A DNA stretch of 63,464 nt, filler included. It is 6 parts of 6 records of this genome, joined end to end, with 100 filler letters (N's around TTAATTAATTAA, not from the genome) between each part and the next. Parts side by side here need not be neighbours in the genome. Positions count along the whole stretch, not along the records: positions 39,244 to 55,962 come from SRR31147125_4203; 5 more parts are not named here. One strand, 5' to 3'. The position numbers were made by a program, and so were the translations under genes. Each line of letters opens with the position of its first letter. The stretch's first letter is position 1. Positions 42,663 to 53,091 of the stretch are shown here, in pieces. The notes below the pieces were generated by a model, which did not search any database, was not told the DNA's origin, and was given only the letters and a program-made list of their open reading frames with translations.

Positions 42663-44354
42663 CTAATAGTTAAAGTTAATTTGCAGTGAATAATATATGT
42701 CATTCATTCCCTGAATATTTGAGTATTCGCAAGAAGCCAGGAATGATATTGAGTTTCTCCATCTATATAGCCAATCCAATCGAATATTTAATTCTTGTGT
42801 TACATCCCCCATTAACCATGTAGTTGAATAATCAAGATCTAATGTTCTGTCATAATCATCCTGATTTGCATCACCACCGATAGGATACATGCTTCCTTCC
42901 CACATGATCGAGTCTGCTCCTTCCCGCAGGAAATCACAACTTAAAGATAAGCTATGCTTTGCTGATAGGTCATAATTGATTTTTCCAGTGATCAGTTGGG
43001 AGTTCGGACCTGCAAAAAAGCCAAGATCTCTACCATGGTGAGTGTAATTGCCAAATACAAAACGATGTGTATATGTCCAGGGATGTACAGCTGTTGCTTC
43101 AACGATAAGATCTGCTGGAATAGAACGGGGTGACCATTGAAAACCCGCTTGAAGGGCATATTTATTTGCCCAAAAATCATTAAATATTTGTCCAAATACC
43201 AGCTCATCTAGAAACAGAGATCCATAAAGTCTAATACCATTGATCGGAAACAACTCAGCTTCAAGCGCAATCATCTTATTATCTCTATCACCTAAAGCAT
43301 GCTCAGAGGGCCATAGAAAAATAACAGGAACAAGATATGTTATTTCCGGTATTCTATCTTCTCCACCGTAAGTGATCATCTCTGAAAAATTTACGTGAAA
43401 ACGTGGTGTAAACATGATCTCAATTCGATGTGCCGCAAGATATTTCGGGATAAAATATCTTCCATCGTCACTTATCGATGAATAAGTTGGCGTCATAAGA
43501 GATCCATGAAGAAAATTATATCTAAAATTCTTAAATTGTTTTGACCAACGTAAAGAGCCAAAAGGAATGGCATTATCGGAAAGAATAACCGAATTAAGAG
43601 AATTACCCCAGTTGACCGGATAATGGGCTATAGACATTGTTCCGAACTTACCCGTTAAATTCGCATAGGCTTCAGATCTATCCCAAGTAGCTATGCCATC
43701 AATATCTCCGCCTAAATTGAACCTATTCCCTTTAAATTCCGCAGTAGGTTCTTGCCAATCATCGGGCACGTACTGGTGGAAAAAGTAACCATCAACAAAA
43801 AGAGATAAGTGATCCCCGGCCTGGATTGAGGCATAGGCCCCCAATTGATCAACAAACCGCAAAGTACTGTTACGGCCTTCTCCTCTTGCCATAAGATCCA
43901 TATCAATCCAAACCGTATTATTCATGTCTTCGTGTAGATAAATATGTTTTTCTTCCTCGAAAAGATCATCCTTTAATAATGACTTTATATCTTTAGAAAA
44001 ATTTGTCCAATTAGAGAATCCTAATCTAGAGTCACAGGAGTCACATAACGATGGATGTTTCAGCTCAGACAATTCATGTCTATATTCACTCATGAAAACT
44101 TTTAATAAATCTTTATCTACTCGATGAAGTTCATCAGCAACATCATCGACCTTAAGCAACCACTGAACAATATCATCTCTTTGCAAGGGTTTGGTATCAT
44201 TCATAAATCCGGGAATATATCCTCGAGATGCCTGTCTTTCCAAAAAATCATAGACACCATCATTGATAGGAACAAACAATTGCATTGAAAACGAAAATGA
44301 TGCCAACAATATTAGAATTAAGCATCTAATATATAAGCTTTTCTTGAACATCAA
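42663..44354 (-). CDS. Wzi-like outer-membrane beta-barrel (paralog 2)
   Basis: Collinear with paralog 1: FVPINDGVYDFLERQA, KYLAAHRIE, GDRDNKM, LYGSLFLDE, PWTYTH, GPNS, ends QINFNY. Confidence 0.7.
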   Translation of the reverse strand: MMFKKSLYIRCLILILLASFSFSMQLFVPINDGVYDFLERQASRGYIPGFMNDTKPLQRDDIVQWLLKVDDVADELHRVDKDLLKVFMSEYRHELSELKHPSLCDSCDSRLGFSNWTNFSKDIKSLLKDDLFEEEKHIYLHEDMNNTVWIDMDLMARGEGRNSTLRFVDQLGAYASIQAGDHLSLFVDGYFFHQYVPDDWQEPTAEFKGNRFNLGGDIDGIATWDRSEAYANLTGKFGTMSIAHYPVNWGNSLNSVILSDNAIPFGSLRWSKQFKNFRYNFLHGSLMTPTYSSISDDGRYFIPKYLAAHRIEIMFTPRFHVNFSEMITYGGEDRIPEITYLVPVIFLWPSEHALGDRDNKMIALEAELFPINGIRLYGSLFLDELVFGQIFNDFWANKYALQAGFQWSPRSIPADLIVEATAVHPWTYTHRFVFGNYTHHGRDLGFFAGPNSQLITGKINYDLSAKHSLSLSCDFLREGADSIMWEGSMYPIGGDANQDDYDRTLDLDYSTTWLMGDVTQELNIRLDWLYRWRNSISFLASCEYSNIQGMNDIYYSLQINFNY

Positions 44355-44355
44355 T

Positions 44356-45567
44356 TTACTCCGCTACCTTTTTGATCGTATCTAACATTTGTCGAGCAAT
44401 TACATCCCGATCATAATCTTTAGCTAATTTAACACACCCGTGAATGCATGACTCATATAAATCTTCATTTGTAGTTAATTCTTCAAGTTTTTGCAAAAAA
44501 TCTTTTTCATTTTCCGGTTCAAAAGAAAGTCCGGCCCCATATTTGTTAATAACTTTTTCAGCTTCTCCTTTTAAGCCCAGAAGAAGAGGCTTACCCATAG
44601 CCGCATTCTCAAATATCTTTGACGGCAAAGCTCCCAAAAATAGATCCGTTTTTTTTAGATTCACTAAAGAAATATCAGAACAAGCGATATACTCAGCAAC
44701 TTTTTCTTTAGGAATGGTAGGCAAAATACTCACATTATTAAGCTCTAATTCATTCTTCAAATTCACCAAATTCTCTTTTTCAGCTCCCCCACCAACAAAA
44801 AGAAAATGAATATGTGGATCTTTAACTTTTTTTGCTGCATGTAAAATAAAATCAAGTTTGTGAGCCATTCCCAAGGTACCTATATACGATACGATCGTTT
44901 TATTCCTTAATCCCAATTCACGAAGTAAATTGTCGCTCTTTTCTTTTGGTTGGAAATTCTCAAGATCAACACCATTTGTATGAAGCATAAGCTTTTCCAA
45001 AGGAACGCCTCGTTGTGCTAATCTATCTTTGATGCCTTGTGTTACACAAACCACCTTATCTGCTCTTTTATAACATCTTTTCTCATGCCATTCAAAATAT
45101 TTTAGTATAAGTCCGTCTTTGACCGCTCCCACCGCTTTGATCGATTCGGGCCAAATGTCCCGAACTTCCATGATCATTGGTTTGCCTTTTAAGCATTTAA
45201 GCTGTCTTGCCGCGATTGCTGTAAATAAATTGGGGCTTGTCCCGATGACTATATCATATTTTTGGAATAAACCTGCAATAGTAGCCGAAAAACCGAAGCT
45301 CATATAATCCAGAGTTCTTCTTATCGTGCCTTTGTTTGCTGCTGTATATGTCCAAACTCTCACAACCTTTATATCGTCGATTATTTCTTTATAATAGATC
45401 TTATTCTTATATCCAGGATATACTTTTCCCGTTGGATAATTTGGGGCACCGGTAAGCACGGTAACATCTGCACCTAACTTGACCCATTTTTTGCAATGTT
45501 CATATGTTCTTGCTGCTGCTGCGCTTGCTTCAGGGGGGAAATAATCTGTTAGAAATAGTATTTTCAT
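44356..45567 (-). CDS. Family 4 glycosyltransferase (WbuB-like)
   Basis: YFPPE, PNYP.G, TSP, EVRDIWPES, YIGTLG.AH.L, PSKIFE. Confidence 0.88.
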   Translation of the reverse strand: MKILFLTDYFPPEASAAAARTYEHCKKWVKLGADVTVLTGAPNYPTGKVYPGYKNKIYYKEIIDDIKVVRVWTYTAANKGTIRRTLDYMSFGFSATIAGLFQKYDIVIGTSPNLFTAIAARQLKCLKGKPMIMEVRDIWPESIKAVGAVKDGLILKYFEWHEKRCYKRADKVVCVTQGIKDRLAQRGVPLEKLMLHTNGVDLENFQPKEKSDNLLRELGLRNKTIVSYIGTLGMAHKLDFILHAAKKVKDPHIHFLFVGGGAEKENLVNLKNELELNNVSILPTIPKEKVAEYIACSDISLVNLKKTDLFLGALPSKIFENAAMGKPLLLGLKGEAEKVINKYGAGLSFEPENEKDFLQKLEELTTNEDLYESCIHGCVKLAKDYDRDVIARQMLDTIKKVAE

Positions 45568-46856
45568 TTAGCTTCGTTTTCTCCGTTCAATCCCTTAAGA
45601 TAAGTAAAAAACAATATCATAGCAATAATACAACTTACACTAATTGAAATCACCGTTGCGTATGCTGCCCCGAAAATTCCGTGTTTTGGGATCAAGAGGT
45701 AATTTAATATAAAATTGAATATAAGCATTGCTGCTGCCGAATAACTGTTCCATTTGGCTTTACCCACAGCAGCAAGAATATTCCCCAGCGGTACTCTAAA
45801 AAGGAATGTTGCAGCGACATTGATCATTAAAACATTGATCAAAGGCAGGGCATCTACATATTCCGGTCCGAAAAGTTTTACTATCTGGCCACCCAGAGTA
45901 TACCACAAGCCAAGCGTAGCTACTGTTATGACAGAGAAGATCATCAGGTATTTTTTATAATAATTAATGAGATATCTTCTATCCTTATATCTCTCAGCGA
46001 TATATACAAAATCCGTTTGCATAAAAACACTGGGGATAAATATCAGGCTAAAGGGAATAAGAGCCGCCACTTTATATGTTGCTACCATAGTGCTTTGTGT
46101 TAATAAAACACCGATCATGATCGTGTCAAGTTGCCAGGCCATCTGAGAAGCGATATTACCCAATCCCGCAAAAATACCATATTTGGTATAGTCTGAAACC
46201 TTGACCGGCAGATCATTGATCTTTTTCAGGGGCTTTATATCAATCCCATCCTTTTTCTTGATAGTTATATAGACCACTAAAGCTGAGATTGCCGGAGCAA
46301 TTGAAAAACCAATGGTATAACCAACACCTTTGAACAGTAAAACACCCAGAAGGCCCAAGACAAAAACAAGTATAGAGTTAAGCAGAAGGGATGCGGCATA
46401 AGCTTTGTTTCTTTTTAGTACTCGCAAAAAGGATACTGCGGTGTAGAATAGATAGTATGACAACACATAGATTGAAAACAACCTGAAATATGATACTGAA
46501 CCGGGCATCCTGAGAGCTATTAACTGAGCCAGACCGATCATCAATAACATAATACCGGCAGAGTAAATAAATCCACGCTGAATACTGAAGTTGAACAGTT
46601 TGATCTTTCTATCCAATTTCTCTTGTATGGGGCCAAAATGTAACAAAGACAAGTAAAGTCCTGCCCCACTGAATGGAATGATCAATTGTGTGATAGTCAA
46701 TGCATAACTAAGGTTGCCGTATTCCTCTTTAGAAAGAAGGCGAATAATAAGAATACCAAGAACAAATTGGATAATACGTAAAAGTATCGTGGAAGAAAAT
46801 ATGTGTATCCCACCCCTTTGCTCAAAAGATCTGATCGTTTTTTTAATTCTGTTCAA
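45564..46856 (-). CDS. wzx: Oligosaccharide flippase (Wzx family)
   Basis: IRLLSKEEYG, DTIMIG, LFGPEY, NYLLIPKHGIFGAAYAT. Confidence 0.85.
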   Translation of the reverse strand: MNRIKKTIRSFEQRGGIHIFSSTILLRIIQFVLGILIIRLLSKEEYGNLSYALTITQLIIPFSGAGLYLSLLHFGPIQEKLDRKIKLFNFSIQRGFIYSAGIMLLMIGLAQLIALRMPGSVSYFRLFSIYVLSYYLFYTAVSFLRVLKRNKAYAASLLLNSILVFVLGLLGVLLFKGVGYTIGFSIAPAISALVVYITIKKKDGIDIKPLKKINDLPVKVSDYTKYGIFAGLGNIASQMAWQLDTIMIGVLLTQSTMVATYKVAALIPFSLIFIPSVFMQTDFVYIAERYKDRRYLINYYKKYLMIFSVITVATLGLWYTLGGQIVKLFGPEYVDALPLINVLMINVAATFLFRVPLGNILAAVGKAKWNSYSAAAMLIFNFILNYLLIPKHGIFGAAYATVISISVSCIIAMILFFTYLKGLNGENEAK

Positions 46857-48192
46857 GCGGCTTATCCATTTTTTTTATCACCAATACTTTACCGTTCGGT
46901 TCTTGCATTAATTTCTTTACCGTTTTTATTTCCAAAGGTATTTTGCCATTAAAACGTTGATCCAGATGTGTTTTTATTTTCTGTTGTTCAATTGCTCCGG
47001 ATCCTTGATGCACCATAATGTTTATCTGCATTGATTTATCAAAAACAAGAACTTGGTAGGCTTCAATATTCTCAATGGTCTTTAAATAACTGGAGAAAAG
47101 AAGTTGTGAAATGATCGTATCATTAATCTTTATGGCTTCAGAAGAACGACCATTTAATTGTTTTAATCTTTTAAGGGTCTTTCCGCAACTACAAGCTTCT
47201 TCTTTCTCATAGAATACTCCGGTATCCCCCATTTCAAATCTTATGAAAGGAAAACTTTTATTATATAGATCGGTAATAATAATATTTCCTTCTTTGCCTC
47301 TATCAACCTTCACACCCTTATCATCCAATATTTCCAGCAGTATAATCTCTTCGTTAATATGTAAACCTTTATGTGCTTCACATTCCGAAGCGATCATAAA
47401 TTCTCTGGAACCATAAGCATCAAAGATCTTACAATTGAATACTTCTTCAATCATTTGTCGCTGATTTTCTTGCAAGGTTTCAGATGATGTAATTATACTT
47501 TCAATACCCAGTTCTTTTGCATCCCCCAAATTTCGTGCAAGCGCATGGATAATTGATGGATAACCCCAAATTATTTTGATTTTCTTCTTATTGATAATTT
47601 CAAGAACATCCCGAGGCCACTTCTCATTTTCAACTAAAGACCCTTCATGAAAATAGCGGTTGTACAATATATTCTTAATTCTTCCTTTTAAGCCCTTGTT
47701 GATCGTTGTTTCATATTGCCCACTGGCAAGTTTTATACATTTTTTACGCATGTAATAGCCGGCCCAATCGAAATTTCTTTGTAAAGCCACCCGCGTATAA
47801 TCTAATTTTTCACTATCATGATAAAATTTTGTGGGTCTTCCAGATGTCCCGCCCGTATTCTGTAGAAACAATTCTTTTACATTTGAGTTTGGATCTAATA
47901 ATTCATCAAAATGGTTTTGAACATCAACTTTCTTCAAAATGGGAATATCTTGCATAAACAATAACATATCTTGATAATCCCAGCTCTCTTTAGGATAAGT
48001 GCTGATGATCTTTTGATAATATGGTATTTTGTCTTTGGCATGAATCAAAATTTCTTTAAGCTTTTTCAGCTGATGTTGTTCTATTTGCTCACGGCTCCAA
48101 TACTGAGATTTTTCAAGAAGAGAGTTCGCCTTAGAAGCACTACGCCCACCATTGAGATCATATAAACTAAACACTATCTTCTTATCTATCAT
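46843..48192 (-). CDS. Phenylacetate-CoA ligase (PaaK/CapK)-family adenylate-forming protein
   Basis: Q..KLK..L.HA...IPYY, TGGTSGRP P-loop, GYPS, YGSRE, TDL.N..FPFIRFEMGD, CSCG, GR. Confidence 0.85.
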   Translation of the reverse strand: MIDKKIVFSLYDLNGGRSASKANSLLEKSQYWSREQIEQHQLKKLKEILIHAKDKIPYYQKIISTYPKESWDYQDMLLFMQDIPILKKVDVQNHFDELLDPNSNVKELFLQNTGGTSGRPTKFYHDSEKLDYTRVALQRNFDWAGYYMRKKCIKLASGQYETTINKGLKGRIKNILYNRYFHEGSLVENEKWPRDVLEIINKKKIKIIWGYPSIIHALARNLGDAKELGIESIITSSETLQENQRQMIEEVFNCKIFDAYGSREFMIASECEAHKGLHINEEIILLEILDDKGVKVDRGKEGNIIITDLYNKSFPFIRFEMGDTGVFYEKEEACSCGKTLKRLKQLNGRSSEAIKINDTIISQLLFSSYLKTIENIEAYQVLVFDKSMQINIMVHQGSGAIEQQKIKTHLDQRFNGKIPLEIKTVKKLMQEPNGKVLVIKKMDKPLEQN

Positions 48193-48194
48193 TT

Positions 48195-49301
48195 TTATCT
48201 TTCTTCGTTATGCAATAACGATTCATATACTCTAATTATAGTGGAGACCACATTAAGGTTGGAATATTCCTTAATGCTTTTTGACGCATTATTTTTCATA
48301 TTTCTCATTAAAATTGGATCTTGTAATAGTTTCAGGGTCATTCTCTTTAATTCCTCAAGATCATCTTTTGGAAATAATAGCCCGTTATAATCGTGCTGGA
48401 TATAATCTTTCTTCCCACCAACATTTGATGATATTACAGGCACATTATAATATAAAGCTTCAATCCCTGCTATTCCGAATGTCTCTGAAGCACTTGGAAA
48501 AATCAGAGCATCAAATTTGTTGTAATATGAAAGTAACTCATTATGTGGCAAGGTTCCCAAAACAGTTACTGGCAAATTATTATCCTTAATATATTTCTCA
48601 ATCTCATTGCTTAAAACACCACCACCTATCATTACTCCTTTTACATTTACTTCATTATAAATATCTTTGATGCAATCTAGGAATAAAAAAGGTCGTTTAT
48701 TTTCGGAATAATCGCCTATAAAGCCCAGCACTAACTTATTATCGTCTGTCTTGGGCTGCTTTTTCTTTTTTGCTTTTTCAAGAACCTTAAAATCAATCCC
48801 ACAACTGCGAACAAGTATCTTTTCATCACTCAATTTTAAGTTCTCAATAAACTCATCCTTCATTGAATGATTCACGGCAATGATCTTATCGCAATAATTG
48901 AATAATTTTTTTGTCCATGGTTTATTATATCTTTTTCTAATTTGGACAATGCCATGAGATGTTACGACTAGAGGTACATGATGAAAGAATTTATAAACCG
49001 CTGCGTTGAATACCGGAAGAAAGAAGCGATGTGCATGTACAAGATCATACTTGATAAATAGCTGGGGGATAAATGCGATCAGTTGCATGCCCCATTTCAA
49101 AGCTTTCCAAAATAGGGATTGTTTTTCAAATGGATTAGAGAATATTGACACAAAGGGGTTGTGATACACCCGTACATCCCAATCTGGATTTTGTTTTTTG
49201 ATCTCGTCAACTTGCTGCTTGATATAATTTCCCGATAGAATATTTTTCTTTGTCGGGTAAGCATCAGCCACGATCAGAATTTTAGGTTTTGTCTTTCTCA
49301 T
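48195..49301 (-). CDS. Family 4 glycosyltransferase
   Basis: VHAH, VVTSHG, FPSASETFGIAGIEAL, SNVGG. Confidence 0.85.
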   Translation of the reverse strand: MRKTKPKILIVADAYPTKKNILSGNYIKQQVDEIKKQNPDWDVRVYHNPFVSIFSNPFEKQSLFWKALKWGMQLIAFIPQLFIKYDLVHAHRFFLPVFNAAVYKFFHHVPLVVTSHGIVQIRKRYNKPWTKKLFNYCDKIIAVNHSMKDEFIENLKLSDEKILVRSCGIDFKVLEKAKKKKQPKTDDNKLVLGFIGDYSENKRPFLFLDCIKDIYNEVNVKGVMIGGGVLSNEIEKYIKDNNLPVTVLGTLPHNELLSYYNKFDALIFPSASETFGIAGIEALYYNVPVISSNVGGKKDYIQHDYNGLLFPKDDLEELKRMTLKLLQDPILMRNMKNNASKSIKEYSNLNVVSTIIRVYESLLHNEER

Positions 49302-50670
49302 TTGATCTTAAATTTATTCTTTCTAAAGCCATCCCCAATCCAAGGAACAGCCACAACAAGGGTTCTTCAAAAAACCTGCCTTCTGCCTGGGATCCCACAA
49401 AAATGATAAATATTGAAGACAATATTATGATCGCATATGTCTTGATCTGATCATTTGATGAAGAAAAATTCAATTTAAACTGCTTATAAACGTAAAACAA
49501 TAAAAGTGAAAATATCATGAATCCCATTATTCCAAGCTCAGCTAGGATCGTGATAATATATGTATGTGAGAGTGTGTCTCCGGCTACACCCCAGGGCAAT
49601 AATTCAAAATAACTTGCTATCATTACAGTTTGGAATCCCCCCGCTCCAACACCGAATATCGGGCTTCCCACAAACATCAATACACCGCCCAATAATAGTC
49701 CTGCCCTCTGACCAATATCAGCAAATGCCATTCCTTGTTGACGTGCTGCCATTAATTGCATGAAAACCGGGATCGCAATGAGTGCAACCACTCCCAGAGT
49801 AATAAGAACTATTAATCTTTGGCGAGTCGGCAAAAACAGTGACATGATAAATATACCTGCAAATAAGATCACTATACCCTGTCTGGAGACAGTGAATAAA
49901 AGTGTTACAAGGCACAATATTAAAGTAATATCCATATACTGCTGTTTTATTATATATTTTTTCTTCATCCGGAGTGTTAATAGGGTCACGATAACAATAC
50001 CCAATAATCGGGCAAAGATGTTCGGATCCAGATAAGTAGCAGATGCACGCCTGCCATGATCAAACCATAATGTATAGTCGAAAACATATTCACTGATACC
50101 AAGTAAACATAATATAAATGTTACAAAGATCAGGACTTTCAGAACCAATTCAATATCTTTGGGTTGTTTAATGAATTGAGTCGTCATGGTAAACATCAAA
50201 AAGTATATGACATACCTTAAGGTTTCCGTCAAGCCCTTTGACATATCCGGACTAATAAAAACTGCCGAAAGCAGATAATAGGCAATAAATATGAGGAGAA
50301 TATAAGATATTCTGTGATTGATTATAAAAATTACATTTTTAAGATCAATGATAAACCAAACAATAAATGAATACAGCATGAATAATCTGGCAAGATCAAA
50401 GACCGAGTTGAACATACCATCCGAAGTTTCGATCGTTTGGAAAAATGGTATAAAAAGTTTTGATATTTCAAGCGGTATCAGGAAAGCAAGAATGGCAATA
50501 ACATATTTTCTATCTTTAAGTATAAGAGGGAGTAATGAAATGAAGATCAAAAACAACCAAAGAGAAAATATCCCTTCAACAATATTTGCCGCTACTAAAA
50601 GTAAATAAATGACATTAAATACAATTAAAGCAATGACAGGTTGAATGCCGATATTCTTTTCATTTAACAT
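49282..50670 (-). CDS. O-antigen ligase / Wzy_C family membrane protein
   Basis: RASATYLDPN, TVSRQG, PIFGVGAGGF, SHTYIITILAELGIMG. Confidence 0.8.
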   Translation of the reverse strand: MLNEKNIGIQPVIALIVFNVIYLLLVAANIVEGIFSLWLFLIFISLLPLILKDRKYVIAILAFLIPLEISKLFIPFFQTIETSDGMFNSVFDLARLFMLYSFIVWFIIDLKNVIFIINHRISYILLIFIAYYLLSAVFISPDMSKGLTETLRYVIYFLMFTMTTQFIKQPKDIELVLKVLIFVTFILCLLGISEYVFDYTLWFDHGRRASATYLDPNIFARLLGIVIVTLLTLRMKKKYIIKQQYMDITLILCLVTLLFTVSRQGIVILFAGIFIMSLFLPTRQRLIVLITLGVVALIAIPVFMQLMAARQQGMAFADIGQRAGLLLGGVLMFVGSPIFGVGAGGFQTVMIASYFELLPWGVAGDTLSHTYIITILAELGIMGFMIFSLLLFYVYKQFKLNFSSSNDQIKTYAIIILSSIFIIFVGSQAEGRFFEEPLLWLFLGLGMALERINLRSNEKDKT

Positions 50671-50678
50671 GCAATTTA

Positions 50679-51751
50679 CTAATCTTGAGTTTCTTTTAAC
50701 AGAACATAAACGCCTGAACTAAAGAGAGCAAAAACGAATGCTGAAATTACAATGATCGCCCGTTTAGGTTTTGCTTTTCGATCGGGACGATGCGCATAAT
50801 CCAATACTTCAAATCCCGGCACATATTTGGCTTCACTGATCTTTGCCTGCTCATAGAGTGGGCCCATAAACAAGAGAACTTCATTGAAATAGTCTATTTT
50901 TCTTTCAATTTGTTGAACAAATATTGCGATCTCAGGAGCTTGGCTAAGATCAATAAAAAGGTCTGTCCCTTTCTGGAACAGGGCATTATACTGAGTTTTC
51001 AGGTCATCAAGGGCAATTTGGTGTGACTCTATCAATTGCTGACTCTTATTCGCCTGCTTCATGATCTTCAATTCTGTCTCTTGAATAAGTATTTGATACT
51101 TTAATTCAGTAGCAAAATCAACTTCTGACTTTAACTGGTCTTCGACACTTAAAACATTGTTTGAATTCATAAAATCCAGTAGTTCATTTTCCAAAACCGC
51201 CAGACTGTCAAGTATCAGATCCATTCTGGATTCGATAAAAATCTTTTCTTCTTTTCCAAATTCCATGGATAATGAATTATTAATGCTATCGAGAAGAAAT
51301 ACAACATAATTTGTCATATCAGCAACTCTATCTTGATCTTTATCAAAAACAGAAATAATGATCTGATTCTCATCCCCCAGGGAAACATTATAACATTGTT
51401 CTTGAAATTTCTTTACTGCAAGATCCATATATTTAACATCATAGGTCTCAACCAGATTAAATTCTTCACACACTTGCTCTTTCAAGGATCGGCTACCTAA
51501 TATCGACAGATAACGATTTGTTGGTCCGTCTGTAGCACCAAAAGGTTCATAGATCCAAGTTGCATACTTGATAAGTTCAATACTTGAGACTGCGGACGTA
51601 TGATCTTGGACGTTCCCGCATACCATTGGGGCAACAATAAACTTATCACGATAGCTAAAACACTGACTATAAAGGTAAAAATTCCTATCAGCCATTTGTT
51701 CTTCATGAATATTCTAAAATAATCTCTTAATGTTAGATCTTTTTCCATCAT
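50679..51751 (-). CDS. Polysaccharide co-polymerase (Wzz/GumC-like); 1-nt frameshift at 51540-51543
   Basis: N-terminus MMEKDLTLRDYF...TM...LPQWY. One extra T gives MNLFGATDGPTNRYLSILGSRSL, joining ORF 50679..51695: coiled coil, VLDYA..PDRKAKPKRAII, C-terminal TM. Confidence 0.8.
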
Positions 51752-51767
51752 TGTTTCCTTATGTAAA

Positions 51768-52988
51768 TTAACTGCCCGAAGCAATATAAGCAGTTATTAA
51801 GGTTGCGGTTATGGAGGCTAACATCGAAATAAACTGTAATACCGATGTCTCCCCGATCAAAATGTCATCTAATGATCTATTAACAAGAATGATATCGCCT
51901 CTTTGTATTTCAATATCATCAATTTTCTTGATCCTTTTATCACCTCTAATAATTATGGCGCTTTTATTACTGCCTTTTTCGTTTACACCACCGGCCATAG
52001 AAATATAATCCATCACCGTGTGTCCGGGAATAAAAGAAAATGAACCGGGTTCATTTACATGCCCGGAAACGATCACTCTGGATAGTGTTGCAAACTCTAC
52101 TCTATCTCCGGCTTCCAATTGAAATGAATCTATCTTATTACCGGAAATAAAAATGTTTTTTCCGTCTCTTACTACCAAAATATTCTGATGATCGACATTT
52201 TCCGATAATTGTACTTTCCTGCGTTGAAAATCACCCAAAGTTTCACCGGGAACAAAAGGTATCAGTCCAACTGACGATACTGTATCGGTATAACTTGTAG
52301 GAGAAAGATCCTTCTGGGATAAGGAAACGAAAGTATTTATCCTTATTGGCCCATAAACGGAAATACACTCATTCATAATGTCGGCATAAGGTATAAAAAT
52401 GCTTTCGCCTGCATGTAGATAAGGATTAGCACTCATATCGCCTTTAACATAGAAATCATAGATATTTACCGTTCGGCTATTTTCTTCTGATCGAATCTCA
52501 ATAGCAAAATCCTTGCCTTGTTGGTTCATGGGTACCATCCTCAACAGATCACTCAAACGCCATGAAGCGCTTATGGAATAAATCCCCGGATTGAGAACAG
52601 CACCGGTTACCGGTACTCTAAGGTTTTTAATATTATATAGAGTAACAATGCTGTAGGCACCTGCTTCATTCTGTATATCATTCAAAACGATGCTCAATGG
52701 TTTGCCCGCAACTTTGACCTTTGCTACACCGGGAATAGATATTTCGCCCGTAGGCAAAACCGGTAAAGTAAAAATAGATTGTTCGTGAACATTTTCCACT
52801 AAAAATTGATCACCAACACCCACAATGTAGCTCTCAGGATCTAATTCTTTTTCCATTTCAACGGGGGAAGGAATAACCGATATCTCCCCTTTGGGAACTT
52901 GTTGTTCACCCGCAAAAGGCAATTCGACCGCAAATATTGCAGAAATTGAAAATATTAGAACTATAATTCCTTTGATAATTCTATTCAA
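51768..52988 (-). CDS. Polysaccharide export (OPX) SLBB-domain protein (Wza/KpsD-like)
   Basis: YIVGVGD, G.ISIP.V..V.VAG, VTGAVLNPG, NPYLHAGE, VSGHVNEPG...DYISMAGG; hydrophobic C-terminal helix. Confidence 0.85.
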   Translation of the reverse strand: MNRIIKGIIVLIFSISAIFAVELPFAGEQQVPKGEISVIPSPVEMEKELDPESYIVGVGDQFLVENVHEQSIFTLPVLPTGEISIPGVAKVKVAGKPLSIVLNDIQNEAGAYSIVTLYNIKNLRVPVTGAVLNPGIYSISASWRLSDLLRMVPMNQQGKDFAIEIRSEENSRTVNIYDFYVKGDMSANPYLHAGESIFIPYADIMNECISVYGPIRINTFVSLSQKDLSPTSYTDTVSSVGLIPFVPGETLGDFQRRKVQLSENVDHQNILVVRDGKNIFISGNKIDSFQLEAGDRVEFATLSRVIVSGHVNEPGSFSFIPGHTVMDYISMAGGVNEKGSNKSAIIIRGDKRIKKIDDIEIQRGDIILVNRSLDDILIGETSVLQFISMLASITATLITAYIASGS

Positions 52989-53091
52989 AACATGACTCCT
53001 TTTTATAAGCTGTCAGCTATTAGATCATAATCCAGCATATCGTATAAATATAATTTATTAGTGAATAAATTAAAAATCCTTTCTCGGATAA

